This document shows positions 11,479 through 23,476 of a DNA stretch of 64,000 nt, piece after piece (within the stretch, counting starts at the first letter, position 1; each line of letters starts with the position of its first letter). The stretch is from assembly GCF_006345805.1 (NCBI RefSeq), contig NC_043005.1, forward strand, positions 71,610,001 to 71,674,000, given 5' to 3'. Both the position numbers and the translations under genes were made by a program. Below the pieces are notes generated by a model. The model did not search any database. It saw only the letters and a list, made by a program, of their open reading frames with translations, and had not been told where the DNA came from. This DNA is from Octopus sinensis (taxonomy: Eukaryota).

Positions 11479-12507
11479 GGATGGACGGACAGACAGACAG
11501 ACAGACGGACAGATTGATAAATAGATATTATATACATAATATTCATAATATGCATAATATTAATATATATATAATAGTTTCACTCAGCCCTACATGAATT
11601 AAAGATTTGTGGGTGTATAGGATCTCTCCATTTCATCAGGTGTTTGGAGTGCTACTGTCTTTTGCTTGTGTGCATGTGTGTCTGTGTGTGTGGTGTGTGT
11701 GTGTAATAATGTTTACTATGCTTGTAAGAAAACAAGCACTTGCATATGCTTCCTATGTTTCCTGACAATAGACATTTATGGCGTTCACTAGTGAAAAAAG
11801 AAAACCTCAAGTTCTTTACAGCAGATCTTAAAACTCAATGTTGTATGTTATAAATATAGTTATTTATATACATATATATAAACACAGATCTATATAGATG
11901 TCTGTATATGTGTTCCCAAATACACAGATATTAATATATATTTTTTGTACCTCCTTTGAGTCTCAGTGTTGAAAGAAACAGAAGTACCATGTATATTTAT
12001 AAATACCCATGATGAGGCACCACTAATCGCTTGCAATGACCCCTTCCCCACTCTCAGGGCTTCGTCAGGTACTTATTTTTATAATCACCATTGAGTCAAT
12101 ATACAGGTTCACCTTCGGGAGTAAGGAACATAAGCTACTCAATGAATACTACAAGCTTTTCTTTTTTTATCAATGATATATACTCTCACACACATATGCA
12201 TATTTATCACAAGCAGATATATATCATCGTTGTTTCATCATGTATATTTATATGCTTTCCAAAATAGACATACACGATACACTTCATTTAAATGGCTCCA
12301 AGGCTCCAAGGAAGCAATACTTTGTTGCATAAGCACAAGGTTCTGATTACACAACTTCTAAACTTCTCACTTAAACTTTACACCAGAGCATATGTGCATT
12401 GAGTTATCAGCATCGCTGTGCCTAAGTAAAAGCATGGTATATGTATATATATATATATATATATATAAATATATGAAAGAATGGAGTTGAACGACGAATT
12501 TCCTTTA

Positions 12508-12590
12508 TTTTCGACATATGTTTCGAAGGCTGCATATTCCTAATTGCGAAGGAAAAAGGAGTATATTATGCCGCTTTCTCATCAGGAAAA
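12508..12590 (-). ncRNA. type I hammerhead ribozyme, canonical core
   Basis: Minus strand TTTTC-CTGATGA-GAAAGCGGCATA...TATGCAGCCTTC-GAAAC-ATAT-GTC-GAAAA: 5-bp stem I, G10.1-C11.1 pair, palindromic ACATATGT stem III, GUC site. Confidence 0.8.
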
Positions 12591-12681
12591 GCAAGGAACT
12601 TATGTCAACATCAAGAGGGCTCCGTGTGAGCAATCATCTAAAAGTTTTTTGTGCATCTTGATGTTGACATAAGTTCCTTGC

Positions 12682-12773
12682 TTTTCCTGATGAGAAAGCG
12701 GCATATTCCTTATTCCTTATTCCTTATTCCTTCGCAATTAGGTATATGCAGCCTTTGAAACATATGTCGAAAA
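12682..12773 (+). ncRNA. type I hammerhead ribozyme (inverted partner, G-U closing pair)
   Basis: TTTTC-CTGATGA-GAAAGCGGCATAT-(TCCTTAT)n...ATATGCAGCCTTT-GAAAC-ATAT-GTC-GAAAA. Confidence 0.75.
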
Positions 12774-13190
12774 TAAAGGAATTTTGTTAATTCGTCGTTC
12801 AACTCCATTCTTTCATATATTTATATTTTAAGAAAAACATTCAAATTTCCACACGAAAGCACGTAACTTCAAACGTGTCTTCTCTGATGTGAATTTGCTA
12901 CCCAGGTATCGGTTAACCGAATTATCCTTAACAAGATAATTAATTCAACTACTCAAATATATATATATATATATATATACTTATTAATCCGGGGGCGGCA
13001 ATGTGAGCAGCAAATAAAGGAACATTACAAAATCCACAGAAAGATCAAACACATACATATATTCATATATTCATTTATATCTACAGAACAGATATAAAGT
13101 CCGACGTTTAAAAATACAGAATTCCAGTCTGTTATATATTTTGAGTGTTGTTGTCACTAATGATCTCAAGATATAACTTTGTATTTTGTA

Positions 13191-13227
<37 letters not shown>

Positions 13228-13474
13228 AGAGAGAGAGTGAGGGAGAGAAACTGATAGATAAATATAGATATTATGAAAAAAATAACTGGAAACAAATGCA
13301 TGTTTGTTTGTTTGTTTTTTTACAGTTACTTCAGTCTCACAGATTCTGTAATCAATAATCAAAATCAATAAGTAATTATAAATTATAATAAATTAGATTG
13401 ATCATTGATTGCATCATCAGAGATCTTGTTGAAATATATATAATATATAGTATATTATATAATATATAATAATA

Positions 13475-13850
13475 GGTGCAGGAGTGGCTTGCCAACCACA
13501 TGGTTCTGGGTTCAGTCCCATTGCATGGCACCTTGGGCAAGTGTCTTCTACTCTAGCCTTGGGCTGACCAAAGCCTCGTGAGTGGATTTGGTAGATGGTA
13601 ACTGAAAGAAGCCTGTTGTATATATATATATATAATATATATGTGTGTGTGTGTGTTTGTGTGTATGTTTGTCCCCCCCAACATCACTTGACAACCAGTG
13701 CTGCTGTGTTTATGTCCCTGTAACTTAGTGGTTCGACAAGAGAGACTGATAGAATAAGTACTAGGCTTACAAAGAATAAGTCTTGGGGTCGATTTGCTCG
13801 ACTAAAGGCGGTGCTCCAGCATGGCTGCAGTCAAATGACTGAAATAAATA
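13475..13850 (+). mobile_element. SINE family A (tRNA-like head, internal microsatellite, GGGGTCGATTTG..GACTAAAG tail)
   Basis: Shares GGTTCAGTCCCA..GGCACCTTGGGCAAGTGTCTTCTAC with more than 10 copies in the window. Confidence 0.85.
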
Positions 13851-14254
13851 AAAGAATAAGAATAGTATGTGTGTGTATATGTAAATACAAAGAACTTCTT
13901 TCGGTCTTTGTCTACAAAATCCCTTTAGAAGTCATTTGTTGGTCCAGGACTATTGTAGCTATTGTAGGCGATACTTACCCAAACTGTCACATATTACAAA
14001 TGAACCTGAAAACAGATGGTTACCAAGAGAACATGCTAACCACACAGCCATGCTTGCACCCCAATCATGCTTTCTAAATTTGCCATATAAGTGTATGTTA
14101 AATGAGAGGGCTTGTACCAAAGGCAAGAATTCCTCTATAGTTAATTAATTCCTTTCATCAAAGCTAAATCCATTATTCTAATTTTATTCTGAACTGGTAC
14201 TAACAACTGAAAGAGAAATCAATCATTAAAAAAAAATTAATTAAAAGATTATAA

Positions 14255-14313
<59 letters not shown>

Positions 14314-15176
14314 CATGTACATATATATATATATATATATACATGTACATATATATATATATGCATATATATATATATATAAATATACATATATGTGAAT
14401 ATCTATCTACATGCATATGTATATTTATATATAATATACATATATGTGAATATCTATCTACATGTATATATATATGTGCATGTCTATCTATATGCACATA
14501 TGTGTGTGTATGTGTGTGCATATATATGAAAACAAAGCATAACAACTAGGAATAAGAAAAGAATGCTAAACAGATATAAATAAATCAACAATGGAAAAAT
14601 GAATAAATAAATAAATAAATGGTAGCCGGTTAGAATAGAAAATTTAATATGGAAACTGTTAAGATTTAATGACATATGATTAGTGCAATTGACCAACTGG
14701 AATACTTTGTATGAAAATAAGTAGCACAGGTTGACGAGATGAAAGGATAATTAAATAAGTTAAGAGCTGCTTCCAATCAGAATATTAGTTTTAAACACAA
14801 TTTAAGCAAATGAGCAAAGATGTTTTCACAATAAATAAATAATAAACAAATATTTAAAAAGGAATTTCAATAAATAAATAAACACATTAAAGGAAAAATA
14901 ATGCAGAAAAGAAAAAAAAAAGAGGGTAGGAAAAATTTTTAAATCAAAAGGTTTATGATAAAATATCAAAGAAATTGCTTGTTGCTTTTTACATCAAACA
15001 AATAACTGGAATTTTAAATCCTATTGTGTCGTTAGAATGTGTTCTCTCTTATTCTCCACTGCTTCGTCTTCTCGACCACCACCACCATTGCTGCCGCTAC
15101 TACTACCACTACTACTACTACTACTACTACTAATACTACTACTACTACTAACAACAACAAAAACAATAATAATATG

Positions 15177-15356
15177 GGCACAGGAGTGGCTGTGTGGTAA
15201 GTAGCTTGCTTACTAACCACTTGGTTCCGGGTTCAGTCCCATTGCATGGCACCTTGGGCAAGTGTCTTCTACTATAGCCTCAGGCCGACCAAAGCCTTGT
15301 GAGTGGATTTGGTAGACAGAAACTGAAAGAAGCCCGTCGTATATATGTACACACAC

Positions 15357-15416
<60 letters not shown>

Positions 15417-15611
15417 TTATGTGTTTACCCCCCAACATCGCTTGACAACCAATGCTGGTGTGTTTACATCCATGTAACTTAGCGGTTTGGCAAAGGAGCC
15501 CGATAGAATAAGTACTAGGCTTACAAAGAATAAGTCCTGGGGGTCGATTTCTTTGACTAAAGGCAGTGCTCCAGCATGGCTTCAGTCAAATAACTGAAAC
15601 AAGTAAAAGAG
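15177..15611 (+). mobile_element. SINE family A, near full length
   Basis: AGGAGTGGCTGTGTGGTAAG (A-box-like) ... GGTTCAGTCCC (B-box-like) ... GACTGAAACAAGTAAAAGAG-type tail. Confidence 0.9.
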
Positions 15612-15802
15612 TATTGGTTTCAAATTTTGGAACAAGACCAGCAATTTCATTGGAGGGATAAATCAATTACATTGACCCCAGCACACAACTCAACTCAAAG
15701 TCAACTTCAGTGGAATTTAAAAACCAGAATGTAAAGACAAACAAAATGCTGCCAAGCATTTTGTCCTGCAGGCTAACATTTTTGCCAGGTCACCACCTTT
15801 TA

Positions 15803-16040
15803 GGTGTAGGAGTGGCTGTGTGGTAAGTAGCTTGCTTACCAATCACGTGGTTCCAGGTTCATTCCCACTGCATAGCACCTTGGGCAAGTGTCTTCTACTA
15901 TAGCCTCGGGCCCACCAAAGCCTTGTGAGTGGATTTGGTAGACGGAAACTGAAAGAAGCCCATCGTATATATGTGTGTATATATATATATATATTTTATA
16001 TCTATGCATGTGTGTATATGTTTCTGTGTCTGTGTTTACA
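15803..16040 (+). mobile_element. SINE family A, 3' truncated
   Basis: Same head as the 15177 copy. Confidence 0.85.
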
Positions 16041-17062
16041 TCCCCGGAACTTAGCGGTTCAATATAGATATATTATATACCTGTAATATATAATATTACT
16101 ATTGATATACTATATATGTATATATAAATTAAAGTATATGAATATATATATATACATAAGTCTTTGCCTGTGTGCATATCTTCATCTCTGTGTTTGTCTC
16201 CAGTGTTGGTTTGTTTACTTCCCCATACTTTATTGGTTCAGCAAAAGTCACCAGTAGAATAAAACCTTAAAAAAATACTTTAAAAATAATCAAAATTACT
16301 GGTGTTTGATTTGTTCAATGTAACCATTCAAGGAGATGCCCCAGCATGGCCACAGTCTAATGATTAGAACAAGTAGAATGTAAAAGATTACATAGACAAA
16401 GGAGCTATCAATCTTTTAGTGTGGAACCTGGATAATGTTAAATGAAACAGGTTACTGAATTGCTTTACTGATTTACGTTGTTAACTCTTAGAAGGATGAA
16501 AGGGCATAAATTGAGGCTTGTCTACCATGAAATTTGAACTCAGTACCAGAAGGCTGAAATAAATGAGAATGATAAACTGTTGCTTAAGTGATTGTAACAC
16601 AAGTATTAAGTTGAAAACACTTAACGGCTGTTATTTTCCATGTTTGAAGTTAACAGGAAGATTATAAACTAATCTTGCTGCTAGAGGGTAAACTCTCTGA
16701 GTAAATTACTTTGTTACTGGAGCTGCGGAAAGAGGAGTAACAGGAATGAGAGGGAGAATATTAGACGTTAAAGAAAGAAAGAAAAGAGAAAACTGAGAGA
16801 ATAACAGTCATGGAAGGAGAGAGAAAGAGAGAGAGAGAGGGACATAGAGCAAAATGAAATGTGATATATAATACTTACATAGCATCTAGTAGATAATATA
16901 TAGAGAGGAAAAGACAAACGAATGCTTCAAGGAAAGAAAGAAGATAAAAACGAAGATAAAATTAAGATGTAATTTACCTGGAGAATAACTGTCTAACTCT
17001 ATCACTATTCATATAGTGTGTGTGTATGTGTGTGTGTATATATATATATATATACATACATA

Positions 17063-17690
17063 CAGGGTGTAGTGAATAAACTGTCATTTAAATGACGCAA
17101 AAATGAAAATAACACTGACATCTCATTTTAACAGATATATTTACTAAAATTACATAAAAATATCTTGAAATACTAAAGAGTAAATTTATTCAATAAAATC
17201 ACAATTGGCTTCAACCAATGACTCAAAACTACTTCAGAATCTCCTGCAAGTCTTCTGGATGGCCTCTTTGACCTAATCCTTGCCTTCAGTTCATCTTTGG
17301 TATTACAAGGAGTTTTGTTGGTCTCTTGCTCAACTGTGCCCTACACATAGTAATCTAGGGGGTTGGAGTGTGGGGAGTTAGGTGGCTAGACGTTAGAGGT
17401 GGTGCAGTTGCAGAAATTGTCTGACTGTCATGATGGTTCTCCTACTTCTGTGGCATGGTGCACAGTCCTGTTGCCAGACATAGGGTCTCCCAGCAGCAAC
17501 CGTTTTGACCCGGGGCAGCACTACCTTCTCCAGGCACTTGATGTAGGCTTCTGTGTTAAGTCTGAAGCTGTGTGGGAAGATGAATGGATCCATAACATTG
17601 CCATCACTAGTAATCACTCCAAACACCATGATGTTCACTGGATGTTTGACTTTTATAACTCTCGGTACATTTCCTCAGATTGACACCCAA
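17063..17690 (-). mobile_element. Tc1/mariner-superfamily transposon 3' part, degraded transposase (DD37D/maT-like)
   Basis: Minus strand encodes IMVFGVITSDGNV..YVWQQDCAPCH and, after a frameshift, V*PPNSPHSNPLDYYV*GTVEQETN; terminus TA|CAGGGTG at 17061-17069. Confidence 0.85.
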
Positions 17691-17947
17691 ACACTCTGAA
17701 ATGTTTGTATTGGAGCTTCTAGTGTGAATGCTAAGCAGTATAGCATGTCATTTCCAAGTTTCTGGTAGAGTGAATTGCCTCTTGGTGCTGTTTTTCTCAC
17801 AGACAGTATCCAACTGACCCTACTATACTGTATAGTTAACAAAATCAAAACAAACAATGCTTGAGTATGAATTTTAAATATAAAACATGACAATTTACCC
17901 ATCGCAGCCTGTATATATACATGCATGTGTGTGTGTATATATATATA

Positions 17948-17988
<41 letters not shown>

Positions 17989-18425
17989 TGTATGTATATA
18001 TACAGATACATTTACGTACACACATGTACAGGTGTACCTGTCTGTGATGGGGGATGCATGTCTGTGCTTTTCTCATTATTTAACACCACACTTTATTTTA
18101 TGTTTATGAAATTTACCACTTTGACAAAAAAATAACTGGTAGAATAAGCACCAAAGAAAGAAAAAAAATTGGGTTTGATTTAATAACCTAATTCAGTGAT
18201 GGTGATACTCCAGTACGTTTTCAGTTCAATGGGTGAAACATGTAACAAAAATAATAGAACAAAAGATATACATATATACATAGATAGATATAAATATATG
18301 TTCAGTCAATTCAAATAAACAAACAATTCAGATAAATGGATAAAAAATAAAAATGAAAAAGAAAAACAATGAATGTGAGGACGTGCACAAGAAGTATGTT
18401 AGCTTAATGCTCAGTGAAAGGGGAG

Positions 18426-18461
18426 CTTTCGACATTTCAAGCATTGCTCTTCTTCGGAAAG
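18426..18461 (-). ncRNA. decayed hammerhead-like motif within PLE-like repeat 18305-18500
   Basis: Minus strand CTTTC-CGAAGA-AGAGC-AAT-GCTT-GAAAT-GTC-GAAAG; stem I CTTTC/GAAAG intact, core altered. Confidence 0.4.
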
Positions 18462-18726
18462 GAGAAAGGGAAAAATTTCAAAGAAGGAAGAGAAGAAATC
18501 ACCAGTGGGTCATGTGTAGATATATTGCTGAATATATATTATGCTCTACATTATATATTTTAATAATTACTGGTATTTTTATATTTTATATATTATATAT
18601 GTAAAGCATAATATGTTATACATGTATGTATATTGTTATAATTGTTTTTTTAAAAAATAAATAGACATAATATAATGTCTAAAAGTTGATGAATACCATT
18701 TCTTGATCCCCTACATTTTCTTATTG

Positions 18727-18769
<43 letters not shown>

Positions 18770-18799
18770 CATACATATATATACACACATATATATATA

Positions 18800-18851
<52 letters not shown>

Positions 18852-19239
18852 TATATATATATATATTATATATACAAATAAGAAAATAGAGGAACAGATT
18901 CATTTCAATCATCGACTTACAGATATTACCAATTCATATTATGTATTAACTACATAAATAGGAACATCATGTATGTATGTATATTTATATCATTGCTATT
19001 ATGCAAAAGAGTCGTAAGTCTAAAATGTTGCTTTTTGAAAAAACAAAAAATTAGTTTCACCATTCCATAGGAAAACAGTTGTACAATATTTTGACAAGTT
19101 TTAATATCTTAGCATCTGAAGCAGCTGTAGATATGATAGTTTGACCAAAAGAACCAGTTACTGCAAGCAAAAATAAATATTGAAAAACAATGCATTTGGC
19201 CAAATTTGGATGATAGTTTAACATAATAGCAAAGATACA

Positions 19240-19464
19240 CAGTAGTAACTCGTTTTTTTAACACTTCTGATCATGAATAAATCATGCTTTATCTCCTGTC
19301 TTTCTCATATTCCTTTAATACAGTGGTATCACAGTTTACAAAAACCTCTGTTCATGAGTAAATCGTGCTTTATATGTATATGTATATATATAAATGACTG
19401 AAACCGGTACTGAAATGTTCTTTATAAAATTATTTTAGCATATTCTATCTTGACTTGTTTTTTC

Positions 19465-19514
<50 letters not shown>

Positions 19515-19599
19515 ATGTATGTATGTATGTATGTATGTATGTATGTATAAAACACAATTCATTTGTGATCAAAGGTGTTCAAAAATTGAGGTACTACTG
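19240..19599. mobile_element. Tigger/pogo-like MITE with degenerate TIRs
   Basis: Left CAGTAGTAACTCGTTTTTTTAACACTTCTGATCA versus right-end reverse complement CAGTAGTACCTCAATTTTTGAACACCTTTGATCA, followed by TA; a second left-end-like copy starts ~19320. Confidence 0.65.
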
Positions 19600-19637
19600 T
19601 ATATAGGAATTCCTAAATTAATTGCACTTCCTATTCA

Positions 19638-19720
19638 AGGCTCTGATGAAGCTATAAGATGTTATTCAATCACTCAACCAAGAACCTTCTGCATCTTATA
19701 GTAGAAACAGCTGTTAGCTT
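19638..19720 (+). ncRNA. type I hammerhead ribozyme-like motif
   Basis: AGGCT-CTGATGA-A-GCTATAAGATG..CATCTTATAGT-A-GAAAC-AGCT-GTT-AGCTT; 11-bp stem II, palindromic ACAGCTGT, GUU site. Confidence 0.6.
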
Positions 19721-20253
19721 ATGAAGCTCATAACACAATCGTTTTTTCCCTTTGCCATCCCTTTTGTGTATTACTGCTCTATGTTCATCTAACACTTTGT
19801 TCTGAAGTATACATATATTGAGTTCCACACCAGGTTGTTAGTATCACAATGCCTAAATGAAATAAATAAATAAACATATATACATGCTCACACACGTGCA
19901 CATGAGTGTGTGCAGAATTATACAACATGAAAATGGAAATAACATGTTTTAATTGTAAATTACAACATTTGTTTCTGCACCAAAAGAAAAGCTTTACATT
20001 GCTGAGCTTACATTCGTAGATTATGACGCACAATTATTCACTAGAATAACTGCGTAAATAAATGACTCAGCGATAGCTGTGATTTGATGCTTCCTTAGGT
20101 AGGATGTCATTAAGCACTGCCTGATTTGCATTTCCTCTTATATTTGAGTACCTGTTTTTCTTTATCAATCATTACACACAGACACACAAACATAAAGTGA
20201 GAGAGAGAGGGTTAGATAGATAGATAAATAGATAGATAGATAGATTGATAGAC

Positions 20254-20340
<87 letters not shown>

Positions 20341-20382
20341 AAAACAGATAGATAGACAGATATAGATATATATATAGTAATA

Positions 20383-20781
20383 GGCACAGGAGTGGCTGTG
20401 TGGTAAGTAGCTTGCTTATGAACCACATGGTTCTGGGTTCAGTTCCACTGTGTGGCACCTCGGCAAGTGTCTTCTACTATAGCCTTAGTCTGACCAAAGC
20501 CTTGTGAGTGGATTTGGTAGACAGAAACTGAAAGAAGCCCATCGTATATATGTATGTGTGTGTATATGCTTGTTTGCCTGTGTTTGTCCCCCCAACATTG
20601 CTGGTGTGTTTACGTCCCTGTAACTTAGCAGTTCGGCAAAAGAGACCAATAGAATAAGTACTAGGTGTACAAAGAATATATTACAAAAAATAAGTCCTGG
20701 GGTCGATTTGTTCGACTAAAAGGTGGTGCTCCAGCATGGCCACAGTCACATGACTGAAACAAGTAAAAGAGAGTAAAAGAG
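20383..20781 (+). mobile_element. SINE family A, near full length
   Basis: Collinear with the 15177 copy. Confidence 0.9.
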
Positions 20782-20799
20782 TAAGATCCAAGGATCAAA

Positions 20800-21245
20800 G
20801 TGTAGGAAGTGAGTAATCTTTGAGTAGTCCATATAAGGTATGAAAAAACAACTTTCAGGAACAATAAGGGTTTACTGATGTAGACGGCTGTAAATATTTC
20901 TCTATCAAAGTTCAATAAGCTGTAAAAGTTATTTTATAGTTCCCGATTGGCAACTGGGGTTGCTGTGTATGCAAATAAAAATCCTAATTTCGGGAACGGA
21001 AGTAGATAAAATCCAGGCTATGTATGTGTAAAGTCAGGACTTCTGGCTGGCTACTCATGTGGACCACGATGACCCATCCAAATCTCAGGGAATTGGGCAT
21101 TCGGCCATTCAATTTCAACAAGTGCATAATGTGGAGGGGTGCCATCTGGCATGAAAATCAAATCTTCAGTATTGTCCCAGGCACTTATAACTGGCCAGAT
21201 CTCATCTTGCAGCATAGTGAGGTAGCATAGGAAGTTAATTTTCAA
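20800..21245 (-). mobile_element. Tc1/mariner-superfamily transposase fragment (DD41D/rosa-like)
   Basis: Minus strand LIFMPDGTPPHYAL..WPNAQFPEIWMGHRGPHE*PARSPDF matches the QDGAPPH..W.GR.GP..WP.RSPDL motif; D-to-SPD spacing fits DD41D. Confidence 0.75.
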
Positions 21246-21284
21246 TCAGCCTGTATATACAGAGAGACAAAAATGAGAGATAGA

Positions 21285-21512
21285 GGCGAGCTGGCAGAAA
21301 CGTTAGCACGCCGGGCGAAATGCTTAGCAGTATTGCGTCTGCCGCTATGTTCTGAGTTCAAATTCCTTCCGAGGTCGACTTTGCCTTTCATCCTTTCGGA
21401 GTCGATTAAATAAGTACCAGTTACGCACCAGGGTCGATATAATCGACTTAATCCATTTGCCTGTCCTTGTTTGTCCTCTGTGTTTAGCCCCTTGTGGTTA
21501 GTAAAGAATTAG
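21285..21512 (+). mobile_element. SINE family B, full-length-like
   Basis: GGCGAGCTGGCAGAAACGTTAG head, GAGTTCAAATTCC B-box-like motif, GCCTTTCATCCTTTCGGAGTCG core. Confidence 0.9.
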
Positions 21513-22645
21513 AAATGAGAGATAGAGAGTGAGAGAAATCAGAGAGAAAGATAAATGCCCGAGAGTAAGGAAATTCTGAGTACTGAAAGTAGAGAGTCAA
21601 AATCTGTTTTGAAAGCTGAAGCTTCGAATTTCATGATGCTGAGGTTCATGTCTATGATCTTCAAACAAAATTTGAGGAATAAAACAGGAAACCGTTAATA
21701 AGAATATTCAGATAAGGTTAACAAAAGGGAAGCATTTGACTAGATGCATGTGTAAAGATAAAACTGAATAAATAAATAAATAAATATTTCATTGGATGTA
21801 TATGCAAAGAGATAATCAAATTGCTAAAAAAAAAAAAAAATGAGCAAATATAAATAAAGGTTTCATTCAATCATATTTAATGGAGGTATTTTTGAACTAT
21901 TCACAAAATGTCTTCGATGCTCAAATACTACAAAATACTATAATGCTAAAGAAAGATGGTATCGAGATAAGTAACTTAAAAAGCAAGTAATGAAATAAAT
22001 AGTGAGGAAAAAAAATATTATTAACATTCGAACACAGTTAGAACATGTCACATATAATAAACAGTCTGCAACATGACAAAGAAACGAGAGATAGGTAAGG
22101 ACTATAAAAAAATAAAAAGCGGAAATTAATGTACCACAAACTTCTTGTTGAAAATTTTTGATGGATCTTTCTTTTGAAAATTATGTAGCATATATTTCGA
22201 TTTATGTAAACACTTACAAAGAATATCATTTCTTGTATTCAGGCTGTTGCCGTTCTGTAATAATGTTACAACTTTTGGTTAAGAAGAGGTGACAACTGAG
22301 AATATTTCTGTTGTTGCCGAATTTGTAAGCAAGTACAAAAGGAAGAATAGATCAAGTTATATTAAAGGTGCATTTAAAGTTTGCTTCAATCTCCAAATAT
22401 ATCACAAAAGATTTGCTGAAAATTTTCTATTTGGGTTTCATATTCAATCAGATATATTTTCCGTTCACTTCATTTAAAACAATCATCCAATGAAATGCTT
22501 CCGTTTCTTTTTTATCATTATATGAATATCCTTATTAGGTTTCTGGTTTCACCCTTCAATTTTCATTTGAAGATTGGAAATGTGAAACCCAGTCACAAAA
22601 CTAGAATTTTCCATTTTAATATAAATTATATGTATGTATGTATGG

Positions 22646-22712
<67 letters not shown>

Positions 22713-23214
22713 AATCCATCTCTATCTCTCTATCTCTTTCACTTTGTATATAATATATATATATATATATATATAATGATAAGGAGAACAGATTTTCAAC
22801 ATTCATAATTTTATTTGACAGTTATTTACAGCATCCTTTATGCGACCTGTGCATGTTTCAAATGCATCGACTGCACAGTGCAGTCAGTGCAGCTAAAACA
22901 CACTTAAATCCAGTAAAGGATATTGTAAATATCTGTCAAATAGAATTATGGATGTGTAAAAACTTCATTCCCCTTATCATTATTAATACTTTTACTTACT
23001 CTAAGGAAATTATGCAGTCCTGAACAGGACAATCGGATTTACCCAGCGAGAAAAGTTACCAAAGTCTAGCAACTTATTGTTAGCTCAGGTACCACGAAAG
23101 GACCATTATGGTTAGCCAGCATCTGAAACCAAATTCAGAGGAAACATGGTAACCACCAGGATAATATAGCTCTTTAAATTCATTATATATATATATATAT
23201 ATATATATAATGTC

Positions 23215-23464
23215 TCTTCACTGGCACATGTAAAAAGATTCGAGCGAGGTCATTGCCAGTACCGCCTGACTGGACCCCATGCCGGTGGCACATAAAAAGC
23301 ACCCACTACATTCTCGGTGTGATTGGCGTTAGGAAGGGCATCCAGCTGTAGAAACTCTGCCAGATCTAGATTGGAGCCTAGTGCAGCTATCTGGTTGCCA
23401 GCCCTCAGTCAAAATCGTCCAACCCATGCTAGCATGGAAAACGGACGTTAAACTATGATGATGA
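23215..23464 (+). mobile_element. SINE family C with (ATG)n tail
   Basis: GGCGTTAGGAAGGGCATCCAGCTGTAGAAAC..CCATGCTAGCATGGAAA..GATGATGAT. Confidence 0.85.
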
Positions 23465-23476
23465 TATACATATATA

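Larger units (their letters stand above)
12467..12824. mobile_element. palindromic PLE-like element, ~160-bp arms and ~30-bp spacer, a hammerhead in each arm
   Basis: 12467-12625 is the reverse complement of 12655-12824; the left end abuts (TA)n. Confidence 0.8.
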
